Both the position numbers and the translations under genes were made by a program. DNA of 64,000 bases from Balanoglossus misakiensis (lineage: Eukaryota; Animalia; Hemichordata): NCBI GenBank assembly GCA_040954595.2, contig CM082584.2, positions 10,324,190 through 10,388,189 of the forward strand, read 5' to 3'. Every line of letters starts with the position of its first letter. The stretch's first letter is position 1. Below the pieces are notes generated by a model. It did no database searches. It was not told the DNA's origin and saw only the letters and a program-made list of their open reading frames with translations. Positions 37,101 to 51,687 of the stretch are shown piece by piece.

Positions 37101-40100
37101 ACCGACTCAGTTTGGATTTTTTTTTTTTTTTTTTTTTGGGGGGGGGGGGGGTAAAAATGTGGCTAAATGCACTGAGGAAGTTGCCTTTAGTGTTAACATG
37201 TTGAATCCATTGTCGATCGTGTGTAATTACTTCAGTGTGAAATCGGCGCTGTCGTTCCAAATTGGGCCATTTCAAGGTTGGTAGACAGACTGTTTGTTTC
37301 GGTGGACTGTCAAGTTTGGACTCTTACAGGGGCTTTGGACCCTGTGGCCCGAAAGAGTCGGTATTGCGGCGAGCGTTTCGTGCTGAACGTGGGGTGGAAA
37401 GTAGTAAGCTAAGACTTAGGTGATGAAATTAAGAGTATGATACTGTTGAGTGAAGGTTTCGTATTTGAGGTCTCACTTGACCCGGACACCCACGAATGAA
37501 GTCAAAAACGCAGATATTGCTAAAATTCTAATGATTATTAAATCATAAGATTGTGAGTAGGGGTTGTTTTGAAGCTTTGTCTCCCATTAAAAATAAATAA
37601 ACGGGAAAAAAGCCGATTTGTCAGTCACCGAAAGCGCCATATTGCCGCGAAGAACGAATGTGAAATGAACAACTATATAAGGTGTTCTCAACTTCGATTG
37701 CATTGGCACATATACCATCACACAACGAGTGGTGAATTCGATACATTATTGGTCAAATTGCAAAATCGAAAGAAATGTCTGAATTTATAGGAAAATATGT
37801 ACGATCCACTGTAGCGTATATTTGCTTCAGTATCGATCCCCAATTTCTGAACACATAGCTTCGACTTTTCTCTGCTGACCTGTGCGAGCGTCGTGCGTTG
37901 TTTGGTATTAAAAACTGTTAGATAAATTTTGGCGAAACCGAGGTTTTGTTTTTATTTTGCAGCGCGTATAAAAAGACAGGATTCTAAGTAAACGGGGGAC
38001 TGTTGGTAGATGAGGCAGCAAGGGCACCGAGATACTAACATAGGTTGATTGCAAACGACGAGCCGGCATTGTTACATTAGCTGCTCTCAAACCCGTGTCT
38101 TTTTGTTAGCTTTCGACATAAATTAATAATTATATTGGGATATTTCGGAAGTGGTGCTCTAAAGTCTACTTCCGACTAGTGGCTTGTTGAAAACGATTCC
38201 CACGCACACACGGAGATCTAACCAATGATACTCCTATAGCCACTGCTGGACTGCCATGCAATTAGATGCAAGATACGTCTTCGACACATCCCATCGCAAC
38301 ACCACCCCACCCTTCTACCGGCATACATTAAACACGGTGTCTGTTTTGCAATAGAAATTGATCCCATCAAATCCATTACTGTTTCTATAGCAACTGGATC
38401 AACGGCAGAAGCTAGTCAGTCCTTTAGGGGGGTGGCTGCGTACGGTCAGATATTTGAGTATTAATTATGAAGAGGCTGTTACGAAACAGAGTCCGAAAAT
38501 CTAAGTTGCCAGGATGACCAATGACACTCAAACGAAACCGGCAGCGTGCCGCGGTTCCGATCGCAATAATGGCCACTCGATGTCATCGCAGCTACGCCTA
38601 ATAGAAACGAATGGATTATTTTATTTTTCATTGTTCATTTTAACGTGTCCTTCCTCTGGTAGGGCACGGCGACTCTTTGTATCACACCAGCGGCATAGAT
38701 ATACGATAAAAGCGGACGGAAATCATTACACCCTTTTCATACAACAGAAAAAAAAAGAAATATTTATTGGAAGAGACACCGTACGAGTAAAGGTTAAATC
38801 TTCTGGCAGCAAGAAAAAAAGAGCGTTGTGCTTAGCATTTGATTGAGTCACTTCTGCGTCACTTCGACCAGGAGTAGAAAATAAACAGTTATGGTAAATC
38901 TTTCAGAAGTGTCAAGTCTGGTTCGTCATCGCGTCGGACAATCCCTTGGGCATTTTTCCCCCGAACGAGGGAGAGTGATATTTTTAAAATAGAAAATCCC
39001 GATTTTCCCCCGACATCGAAGTGGAATATTACTTATTCTAGTCGTAGGCAAAAAACAACGACAGCAAATTTTCTGAATTTGCTCTAACGAACATCAACAG
39101 TACTGTAATACATTGCTTCGGTACGATCCCGGTTCGTGTTTGGCAAATTTTCAATTTGCGCTTTTCAATTCTCCGAGTGTGATTTTCTTTCGCTCGCCGG
39201 GGAAATGAACGTTGGTGCCGAAGGGAAGATTGATCAAAGACATCCTTTGGTCAGTGAGAGCATACGGGTACCTGGGGGACTGGGAGTTTAAGAGGGGACC
39301 CCGGGGCATGAGATGGGTTTCCGTCTTTTCTCATCGCGAAGGTATTCCCAGTGTGCGCAGATAAGAGCGCCGGCAGAGCGCACCCATACCGTTATGCATA
39401 CAGCAACTGGATGGGGGAAACACGGACCCCGGAATCTAACCGTGGATGGAACCGTCAACATCCAACGGCGCACGGGGCTACATTTTAGCGCACGCATCGC
39501 CGGGTCTTGTATCTCTCCGCTCATTCCCAGTGACGTCATCACCGCGATGTCGACGGTACTGGTAGTGGTGATCTCAAAGATCTTAACCCGATAAGCTGGC
39601 TCTGATTGTAGGCCATGTCACGCATCAGTCAGTCCGCCCTATCTGTGGCATCTTACATCGCAAATTGTATCTCCCGAAATTAACATTCTGACCCTCGAAA
39701 ATAGACAAAAAGTCGAAGTTCTTGTCTCGCGATACACTAGACTAGGTGTTTAAAATATCATGACAAAGGACAAAAAAACGATAGTTTTTTTTAAGAATGA
39801 AAATATTTTTGAACTGTGGTGTCTAAAGGACAGACAAACTCAATCGTTACACGACATAATGTTTTACTAGGGGAAACTTATAAATAAAAAATATGTAATT
39901 AAAATCGTCGCCCTGAGGGTATGCATAACTAAACAAGGAATTTTCGCAAAATCGATAAGGTGAAAATCTAAGCAAGAAGCTTGCGCATCTGGCGATCTCG
40001 ATTCTGTTTTTAAAATGAGTAACTGCAGGATGAAATGTCAAAATCTAAATCTGCATCAAAGGATGAACGACTTGTACTGGATGATAACAAGCTTTAAATG

Positions 40101-43100
40101 GAATGGATATTAATACGATAATTGTCAATATCCAATCTCTGTCAAGTCAATTTACCGCCCTGTTTATTACTGTCACTTTTGGTTTCAGCTCGCTCCCCCT
40201 TGTTCGAAGTTTCAGCTCATGTCACATGTTACCCCCCCCCCCTCCTCGCCCCTGAATGAGCTGGGGCAAGGATCACGAGATTACGATGAAGGTTGTCACA
40301 GATTGTCCGGTTTTGTTACATACGGGGCCTTACGTTTCGGATACAAATCGGCTCTTTCAGTGTAGTTACCTGAAACTTGGCGGTATTGGAGACATCTCCA
40401 AGGTGAATGCAGGGATGGCCTTACCGAAGTGATCCGTCGACACTGTGATACTGTCGGCGGCTTGGCAGTGTTATACGCCTGGGCCTATATTTATAGAGGC
40501 CACCCTCTGTTGACTGCCGTGTCATCACATATGCTCGGTCAATCACGGATCGTCATGTTTACCTGAAATCCGAACTTGGGGCTCCACGCCGTCTGGCTTA
40601 ATGCGAGTAGCAGATTGTTTCCCCCTCCACTCCCTTTCGCGCCAAGTCATTTCGTTATAGTCACCAAGAACAACACAATTTGTAGAGTTGCCGAATCCAC
40701 CACTACGAGCTATGATATCATTGTATTTCTAACATGAAAAGGAATTATGAATAGGGACTTCAGACGAATTGTTGGCCTTTTAGTGGAAAAGCAAGAAATA
40801 AAATTTCCGCGAAGACTCTCAATATGCCACGCCCAACAAGTTTATCGCAGACGTTACCCTTTTCCTTGTCGATTCTTTGAATTTTTACAATCGAGACATG
40901 CGCTTCATGTGGCGTAAAATGATGAACAGACGGTGTTGGAGAGGGTTGGCACTTTTTAATCCACTATTGCTGAGAACACAGCAGAGTCTCAATTTCCATC
41001 ACCCCAGAGGGCCTTGTCCTCACTGGAGGAAAGACACAAAGTACAGAGACGCAGACATATACTGATCTCAGCAAGCGGTGAGTGCCTTTTTCGAAACAAA
41101 ATAGAAAACCGCATAATTCAAAAAAGGGGGGACGATAAAAGAATGACAAAAGGCAGAAATACCAAAAGAAGTAATTGCGTGTTCTGTGAAGTGAATTGCA
41201 ACGTGCTTGCTTTAGTTGTAGATGGCGGCGATGTGATCATGGCGAGTTTGTTTGCCTCGCAGGCTCGATCAGAGACGCATGAAAGGAAAAAGCAATGCGC
41301 ACTGCAAGGCAGAGGGAAAAGATCCAATACTCAGGGATGATACATATTGCATGTCATTTATATCGATACTCAAAAGATCACTCTCCCCTTAAGTGTGTTG
41401 CTCGTACGGAGGGCCAGTGCGTTTGTGAGCCACCGACCCATCGCCGTGACCATCCATTATTTATGCCGTTGTATCACGCGGCATAACAGTTTACCGTGCC
41501 TCGACGCTCGGGCCCGCTCCGGCTGCTCGAGCCTCCGCGTTGCCGCGACGAAGCCTCCGTGGGATTTCGCTGTGGCCGTTTTTCGATTACTGAGATAGGA
41601 ATGGCTAATAGGTTGTTTTAGGCGGGTTGTAAACACTTAATAAGAAGGTGATCTGATCGAAGAACAGGAAATTCAGTCCATTTCGTCTCCCCCAGTCTCC
41701 GCCGCTGCCTGTGTCGCTCCTCCCAGTAGTAATTGTGCAGATCTGTGAGATAACAATACGCTAAGCCGTATCTCTCTTGTCAGTCGGCTGGAAATTGAAC
41801 ACCGAATCTACAAGCAAATTGATTATAAACAATCACCTGGAGACCGCATAACTTTTTTGCCGTTCGCAGGCACAGAATGTAGTTAGAGCACGGTGAATTC
41901 ACCTTTAGATTGTCTCGGCTGACATTTGCACTGGCAGAAAGGGCTGATCTCACCGTGAGAAGAGGGCGAAAGATTTGACACCGAAACGAGATTTTCGTCA
42001 TGGAATGTCCTTTTATACATGTTCAAACCCCCCTTTCGACCACTCAGTTGTAAACGGCGTGGTTTGCGTACGCGTATAACGTCACGGTATCTCAACTTGA
42101 AGTTTCTGGAAATTTGGTGCGTCTCCGCGTTCACAAATTTGACTGAGATTAATGCGCATGCGTAAAGAGGAAACGGGCGCGTATCATCAGGGAGCCAGGA
42201 AATAAGGGAAGGAAGAAAACGACAATAACAAACAACAACAAATAACCAAGCAACGTTTTAATAAATAAGCAAACAACGAGGCAAACCAGCCACAGACAGA
42301 GAAACCGTGAAAAACACTAGAAACAGCGCGACACTATAACGAAACGAAAATCTAGCGAAAGTTTCGAGCAGACAAAATCGAACTCGGCTCGGAATGGAGA
42401 GACGCTTTGTAACGAGAACTTGAATAAAGCACAGGGCAACGATTAGAGAAAAAAGGGGCAAATAATTCGCGGCAAACAAACACAATATCTGAGTTTGTGT
42501 TGCTCTTTATGTCCATTTGAATTTTTCATGAAATAAAAAAAATAACAAAGACTGCGAAACAGTCCAAATGGGATTATTTACTTTTCGTAGCCCCGATGCA
42601 TATACACGCGGTAACTGTACGGCAACTGTACGCAGCCAATCAGAGACACAACATCAGAAAAGTGACATCAATAAAACATGGGTAAATGTAAGCGAATAGA
42701 GATATTAAACAGAAAAAAGCGAAATATGACATGAAGAAACATTTAAGAACCCGACACCAGTATATGCCATTGTATCCTTTGTCAGAGTGTCCTGGCTGTT
42801 GAAATATTCATACATCAATTTTCCGACAAAGATAATATTTATGAAGTCGCTATAAGAGTACGGCTATGCTTGTCATTTGGACTGACTTAATCGACAAATC
42901 GGTGAAAATCTTGTGGCTAAATGGTCCTCAATTTTTCGCCCTGTTTCTTTTGAGGAAACTGTCATAATTTCACGCAAAATAAGATAACATTTATCCCGCG
43001 CGCGGCGTCACGTGAGCCGGTATTTTTTAAAGCGCTTTATTTTGTTTCAAAGCGGGATTCTAATTAAATATTAATTTTATGCCCCGAGTTCCGATTCGTG

Positions 43101-46100
43101 GCTCGGGCTTCGGGGTCTTGCTATTGCCTTTTTGTCCTTTTTTGTTCTGAGACTGTGCCGTTTGAGATGATCGCGCGCGCGCGCCAAGACACCTCGAAGG
43201 TGCGGGAACCCCGCGACACACAGGCGCGCGCGCACGGGATGTGCGTGCAATGCCTCTCGCTCACAGCCCATTGCATTGCCGTAATAAATAATTTGACATG
43301 TGCGCAAAAGAGCAGACGACCAGATCGCTGGTAAAAGTCTCTCTCCAATTTCCAAAATTAATATTTTGAAGCCGTATATTTTCAGCTCTTTGTGGGGCGG
43401 ATGGAATTGCTTTGTGTCCAAGAAGAGTGTGTGTCAAATTTGAAAGCCATTGATAGAAGAGGGAAACTAGAAGAAGACCGCTGAAGTGTATATTAGCCGA
43501 GATCGACATTAATACTTTATCCGTATTTAAATTCTATTAGGTACAAACCCTGTCTCTATACAGATACGCCGTAGCAAGCAGTATAATCAGAGGAGAATTT
43601 ATTGTCTGGCTCTGATTAAGGGCTATATCTGCCTCCTAATCAAAGTATTTGTGGTGAGGTTGATCATATGGGCTTGTTCTCTCCATCCACGAAAGACCCT
43701 TGCAAAAAAAATTTCCAACCGGCGACCAAATTTTAAACATTATAATTGTCTCTCTCTATCTCTCCTTCCCTCTCCGTCAATTGTAAAACATTCTCAAAGA
43801 CCTCGGAATGGAAGCACATGGGTCGCATCCCCGGTTTCACTTCAGAAATAGAGTTTGTCAATTTTCTGCTGAAGCACGCTTGACTTGTCGCCGGGGATGA
43901 AAATAATTTTATTTGCTGAATTATTGGCGTGTGCAAGGCCTAAGCATTTGGGCGATTTGCCGGCACTAAAGTCCCCGGCTTTTCATCTGAGGAATACAAG
44001 ACCGACGATGAATTGCACACAGAGAACGATTAGTCGCCATGACTTTAGAATTCAGTATTAAATGCGGGTGAGACCCAACCACGTCGACGCGAGTTTGTTG
44101 TGCTCAGAACGACTTGTATGGGATACACACTGCAGCCGATAAAAAACGCCTTTGATGCGTTATCGAGGTGATCGCAATACGGCTACTTATCTCGTTCTGC
44201 ATGTTGTCGACTTTGCCATTAATGTGTTGGGCAATGTCCCGCCATTTAATCATAATAGCAAATTGCAGGCTAATTTCTTTCTCTGACAATTAGATTTATA
44301 CAGCACCGTTGCTCTGGGAGGGTTGTGCTGGCGGTCGCTCGCCACTATTCCTTATCACGCTTATCGCCTTTTCGGGGGTGTCAAAACTTTTTACCCCCTG
44401 TAAAAATGAACATCGGTCCGTTGAAAAGATTTTTGTGTCAGTCAGGTGTGCCCGCCACACCTACTTTGTTTGCTCTTAATGATATATATTTTGTGAATGG
44501 TTCGTTATCGCTGACGTACGAGAAGAAAATTAGTTTGAAAGTCGGGGGGGGGACTTGGTTAGTGCTATTCTCGCCGGCAGATGACCAGACCCGTGGCGAG
44601 TCCTCCCCGTACGATCGACCATTGTTTGAGGGAAATTGTCGAGCGATAAATGTGCCTTTTGACGAGCTAAAGCGATTGACGGTGGCTGGAGTGTTTGCTC
44701 TTTCATGGTGTCAATGATAAAGCCTTTAAAACGCAATATATATTGCCAAGCAGGATGCGTGACATTATAAGAAGCGCGGCAGTGATGATGACGCTCAGCC
44801 AAAAAGGGTCGTCATAGATGGGCGCTGCTATTGTCTAGATATACAGTTCAGCCGCTCAATCCGAAGTGATGTTGTCACTTCACTTTGCAACGTGCCCACA
44901 TTGGATTTTTTTTATGACATCAGGTATTTTGACTAAGAGAATTCTAAGATGAAGAATAAGGTAAAATATGACCGTTTTCCACCGAGTCGAACCTGCTTAG
45001 CTGAGAATAGCGGCGATTACTTTCCAGACCACAGCGTTATCTGTCGTCCCCGTCAAATCACAAAAGACTTCAAACGTTTTAATTTCCGCTTTGGGGCGAT
45101 TTGAATATAGCGTTTAAAGAAAAAGATCCCTCTTTCTACTGATAAATATTTTCAAAGAAATATATCAATCTGTCAACAGGCGGATGAGGCAGTGGGTTTA
45201 ATAATCACTGTGAGAATGGCTGTGAACGGGGGACACATGTGATGAGCTCCTACGCCTGTGTGCCAACATCATCACCGTATCAGAAAGGCAGACCCGTTTT
45301 TTCTCTCTCTCCTCTCTCTCAACGCACACAATACGACGTGTGTGTCAACAAGGTTGGGCCCAGATGCAGGCAGGAAACACAATTTCAAAAAAACGTTTTG
45401 AAAACTTTGTTGGCGACGACAAATAAGCACACACACACACACACACTCACGGCTAATCATCGATCGCTTGTCCCCGCCACAAAACGTTGTTGTGTGAAGT
45501 CTCTCCTTTTTCACAAGAAGTGTGTTGGCAAAAAAAGGGGGGAAATTGGAAACTGTAAAAGATTGAAAAGCTGTAACCTGGTAAAAGGAGATGGTTTTGA
45601 TACACAGTCGATGCGTACAACAAAAACGCAGACAAAAAGGAGATGCGTGTTATTTTCCCTGGGTGACAGTATTACTCTATCCAGTCTGACACATGCGCGA
45701 TAAAATTGGATTGTGCTTGGCGGCATGATACTGTATTATACAAATTTCCAATAAAATGCCACAAAGACTATTTGATGTTACTAATATGACTTTTGCTTGG
45801 CAAGTTTTTTCCGCTAGCAGATGAAAAATGACCCCAAAGCTGATTAAAGTTATTGATCAACAAATTAATGAATTGGGTACTCTCTGCTAGCGAGCAACTG
45901 CGGATGCTTGGGACTTAATCCCCTTCCCGGTTTTCCCATCAAACCAATGAGTAATCGTTGCTTGCAGAGCCCTACATCATCCTCGATGTTGAGAATTATA
46001 GCTGGGCCGGTTCTACGCGGTGGACGGTAGGCGTACCGACGCCGGTTTTGCTGGATGATAGCTTTGGAAGCAGCAAGGATTTTTAACTAATTTGTCTAGC

Positions 46101-49100
46101 CAAGCAACGATTCCGCGGCGGTCCCCTGAGCGCTCGGCGACACGCGCAACGACGGCGCGCACCTTGGCGCGAACAAAGGTGTCGTTAAAAGGCAATTTTA
46201 CGCATGTCAATTTGCGATCTGTCTTTGCATCTGAGGTTACTGTCAGAGTTTTTTCAACAAAGACAACGTTTAGGAAACTTTTAAAGGGAGCTCTTGATCG
46301 ATAAGTGCAATCTGGAGAGCTGACACTTCAAACCATCAACCGCTGATAAAATCGCGCAATATTTTTTAAATGTCTTAATTTATAACTTTCCACATTAAGT
46401 TTTCGTTTGCGATTGTACTTCATCGAGAAAGCCGTAGAATGATTTTAACACCCCAAGCCGAACCATATTGTTTCTCCCAAGAAAGACGTGCCTTAAAGTG
46501 GAATGGTCAAATCAAACACTCCGTCCGGGTTGTATTTGGAACAATTTCAAATGAAATGTGAAACGAAGGGCTCTCAGTTTGTGCGATGTCGTTGTCATTG
46601 GAACTCGAAATTTACCTATAGCTACAGTTGGAACGGTATATGAGTTTTAAGGCGTTCATGTTTGCGTCAAATTTGCTAGTAAGCTCATTGCCTCCCCCCC
46701 CCCCCCCAACCTCCCCCAAGCTTATCATACATGGTTTCATGTCTTAACCAAGAAGCGCGCACGGGACGACGCCCCTTAACCTTAGCGGGCAAAGTTAACC
46801 GGCAGCCGGTCTGGCGTGTAGCCAGAGGCAGAGAACTTCAACGTGTCTTTTTTTTGTTTTGTGCGGAGGAAGTAATATGCAGTCAGACAAAGCCATCCTT
46901 TGCCGCCAATTCACACTTACATTGTCAGATCAGATCAGAAATTTCCTCCTCATAAATAGCAATCGCGGTCGGTGAATACTTCAGCAACAATGCATTCATT
47001 CAAACGAATTTAGTTTTGTCTTCAAAGCTGCTAACAGATGACTAAATTATCATCACCATCACCTGCTCACCGCGCTTCTTTCTTTTCTCCTGTCTTTTCT
47101 AGAGCGTCTTGTCACCAGGAAGTGACGTTAGAAGTGGATGTTCGTCCAGCAGTGCAGTAGTAATTAGCATTTTCATGATTTTGATTGTCATCATGGACAA
47201 GTAACAAAAAAGCACCACGGTATCTACGGATTCAACGTTAGAAACGGAATTGCTTTCGGAATGTTTGACATTGGGATCAAGGAATCACAGCCAAGACGGG
47301 ATGAAGGGATACACTTTACGCAAAAAATGACGCGGGGGTGGTTGTTGTAAAGTTTCACCGCGACAGATTTCATCTGAAACCAAGCATTTGCTGTGCAGTG
47401 CCTTTCGTGATTAATTCCGCTTCAATTTGGGCAATAAGGCCACCATCACAAAGTCGTTTTCTTGTGATTAGCCAACGGGTCACCAAAGCCAATCTTATTA
47501 TCATTTGTTAATACTCCTCTCTGTTTTGCCTGCGCTGGAATACAAGGGAGCAACACCGTGTACATTTCCTACCCAGGAACCTGGGCAACGTAATGGCGGT
47601 CACGTGACCAACCACCTCCCCAGGTTCCTCTCGGGCGACGGTGAGCGCCGACTGTGGCTTGTCGATTCCATATAAACAATCCAGCCATCTGCAGTGGAAA
47701 TTTATCGAAAATGATTTACCAATAAAACAGTTAGAATAGACACACGCCGGCTAGGAACAGCCGTCTGTCCGTGTATTTTTGCCGCGTACCCAGAAGGCAT
47801 ACCGACAAATCTAAACCCCAATTAACCCGTCCACTGTAAAATCTCCCGTCAAATTTTCCGTACACTTTGGGATTTTCGGGTGTTTCTCACTTTTCTGTTC
47901 CGGAAACAGCCACACACACAAAATATGGACCATTCGGGAACAACACCAAGTGTTCATGGAAGATGGCGGACGATACCGTGCACGGATGCGATAGACGTGA
48001 GCGAGAGCACTTATCATGACAAACGACGAAACGTGTAGTTCACCAGGTCCTAATTTTACGATATTTTAGCTGGTCGTTGCGTCCTACTAAAACAGTACAT
48101 CTCGTTGTTGTTTTATTGCAAATGACTCCCTCATCTTCAATTGCACAACGACTCGATGATGAGATTGAGACATTTTGGCAACCTTGGAAGTCTTAATATA
48201 GTATAAGGATCTCTCAAATCTGTTTCTAGTGCATATTATCCCTAATGAATTAGTCGTTTGCGTGTCATCCGAAGCTAGATTAAAATATGCATAAGCAGTT
48301 TGAAGATACTTATGGTTTGAATTAGTGATGAAGTCTTCCATAATTTAGGATTGTGTACATTAATTTTATTAAAGGAATCTCTTCCAATCGTGTCAACGCC
48401 AGCTATGATTATTTGCTGTGTCAATGAAACGGTCACCACACTGCTTGTAGTTGCAGCAGTCGCGACGCGCGCCTCGCCAAGATAAAAGTCGCACTATTTG
48501 TGTGTGTGTGTTTTGTTATTTTAAACCGTACCGAGGTGACGCATCAAACTGCGACTACACCAAACGAAGATGTGATGTCACCATCAAACGTTTTTGTTTC
48601 GCAACCAACACTTTCCGATGATAGAAAAATACACTGTCCACTATTTTGGCTCCCGTGTGCTGAGGGCAAACAATTATCAGCCTATGTTACATTGCTCGCG
48701 AGAGGATGCTTGTGTGTCTATAATATCTCATTAATATTAATACAGCCAATCAAATACCTCGTAACTACCGAAAGAGATGAACACGTGGGAAAGATTATGA
48801 ATGCACGCTGCCTTGAATCTTATTCTGGGGTTCCATGCATGTGTGTTGGACTGAAAATTAACATGGGTGGATGATCTTCTGTTGATTGTCAACATCCCTC
48901 TCGAAAAACGCACAGTAATATTGAAACCAAGGCTAATTCTACTGGACATTCTTTGGCAAACCATTGGCACTTTCATTTTTGTTGAAGCCAGGATCGGGCG
49001 CTCATAGAATGGTTTCTTAGTTGTCATAGTGACCGGCTAAATTTACTCCTTGACGGTATAAAGATTTTTTTGGATGTCACACTTGAAATATGCATTTATC

Positions 49101-51524
49101 GTACGAAACTAATCTCGCCTATTCGCGTCGCTTTCGTTTACAGCAGTCATTCATATTTCGCTCAGTGCTAGAGGGCGCAACTTTAATTCATTTTCAATCC
49201 CCGACGAGTACTGACACGTATTGTACAATTTTTTTTCGCACACGCACAGAAAATTGCCTAAGATTTGCCAAATTCGGTGCAAAGCAGATGATATTTAACA
49301 AATTAGTGGTGGATTTAGCGTAGAATGCACGAAACCAGCCACCTCCTCGGGAGGAAGATACTGATTCACACAGCACGTAATGGAGTGGGGTGGGGTGGCT
49401 TGAGCCTTTGAATTTGCCTTGGATGGTGCCTTAAATTTTACGGCGAATCTGGACAGACAAAAAGGTGATAAACTGGGAAACAGTCGCGCTTCAAACAGAG
49501 AGTTTGTCAACTAAGACATGGAAGTACTTTGACTCCCCGAACTGTAAAATGATACAAGCGAGATTTTCATTAATAATGGATGAAAAAGTGAAACGTTTGG
49601 CTTCTGACAATTCATCACACACAACAATGTTCTGTGATCCTCCCCCCCCCCCTATTTCAGCTCACTTCTGTGCGTGTAGAGATTACTGGTGCTCGATTGT
49701 ATTTGCAGAAACAACTGCACGCCACGGGTTTATAAACCAGTGGCACGCACGGAAGAGGTTATTTACCAGTGCCTCGACCATGGGCACAAAATGAAAACTG
49801 GGTAATTTTGGAGATTCTAATGTTGGAGATTTGCTCATGCTCACGAACGCGAAAAATCAAAACGTCCTCTGTATCCTATCTGCATCAGGGAAGACGTCTA
49901 AAAACTGGATTGACAAGCAACCAACGGACACGGGAGCGTTAAAATCCCCGAAACGTGTGTTTGAAACTCTCTCATTATACCATCACCATGCTTTTGCCAT
50001 GTGCGCAAGTCAAGTCCTTCATTGGATGGATCGGTTGGGCTGTGGATAACCAGTATCCTAGGGGATATTCCTGCAGACTGTGTGTGGAGCTAGGTGGTTC
50101 GATTTCTCCCACACAGCTTGTCAAAGTCAGTTGAGAAGCGTTGCGAACAAGGGAATGTAAACGGTAACTTGACCGCTTCCACGCTGATTAGCTCCCCTTA
50201 GACATTACTGTTCCTCGGGCTATCTCAAAAGGCAATTCGATTTTCCGACGAAATCGATCGTTTGTTCGGATTTAAGTCTCTTCAAAATAGAATAACTTGA
50301 CAAAAATAGCCAACGTTCGTTGAAAACTAACGAGCTGTTGGACAACGGGTTGCGAAAGAAGCACTCGCTTTGGGGGGAAAATTGGTTTACACATGTATGA
50401 CGCGACTAAAATAAAAGACGCGCTGTCGGATTATTAATCGCAATGAGCATATTTATTATAATGCTAAAGTGAAACTTTTCAAATCTTTTTCACAGCTCAA
50501 GCTTTGCCGGGTTTACGGCAGAAAATAATGGTATCACCTTGCGCTGATCTGTGCATCACGTCGGATAGTTTGCATTCCGCTGTCAATGTGTGAAATAAAG
50601 ACCAACATTTCCATCACGGCGTGAAATGTTTTCTTTGCACTGTAAGTGCCCGATAACTAGAAAATTACTCCGGCTGGCCCTCGCGCCTCTGACCACACGC
50701 AGGACGCAACAGGCGAAAGTACATGAAACCCGCGTGTGTACATTCGATGCCAATATGTTTGTGAGATGAAAACACCGATAAGATTTGAATTGGCAAGATA
50801 TACTTGGAAAGAACAGCACTTTATTTGACATGTCGTCTGCAATCTCTCATAGCACACAGTGGTTATTTCGCTGTACTTCTGAAGCACTCGGAGTGCAATG
50901 CCAAGTCTTGGACAACCAGTCCTGCATGTGTGGCGCGCGCGTGGAAAGCTACCGTTCATCACTTGAATGCTTCTTGTCTTATTCAATCATCGACAGCGAC
51001 AGCCTCTGACGATAAATTCATAATTTTAATTTCAAACAAGAGTCATGTCGTGTTATAATCGCATTACCGAGGAAGTGTGTGTATGTTTGTTGTTTCAAAC
51101 CTGACGCAGCTTTACTATTGATGAAAAGGTGTGACTTGTGAGGCAGTCAGGAGAGGGTTGGGTGACATCTAACGAAAATGTTTTATTTTTTGGTTTCCCA
51201 TTTACTTTTCCATCCGCTGCTCACTTCCACCCGACGTCTTCCAATTTCTCAACCACATATTAAAGCAATCAGCCTTCATGTTTTTACACCCTGCAAATGA
51301 TTCTGCAGAATAGCCACACGTCTCTTTCTGACACGGATGGCTGAACCGATGTTGATTCATTCAAAATGGTTCTGAGTGACTGCTCAGCGCACATAATTAT
51401 TGACCTGCAGAATCGCACACAGCTCATGATGACCTGATGTTGAAATGATTTATCACAAAAAAGTCACGAGGAAAATGAAATCATAGTTTATACCTGATAT
51501 TGAAATTATACAGATGTACATGTA

Positions 51525-51687
<163 letters not shown>

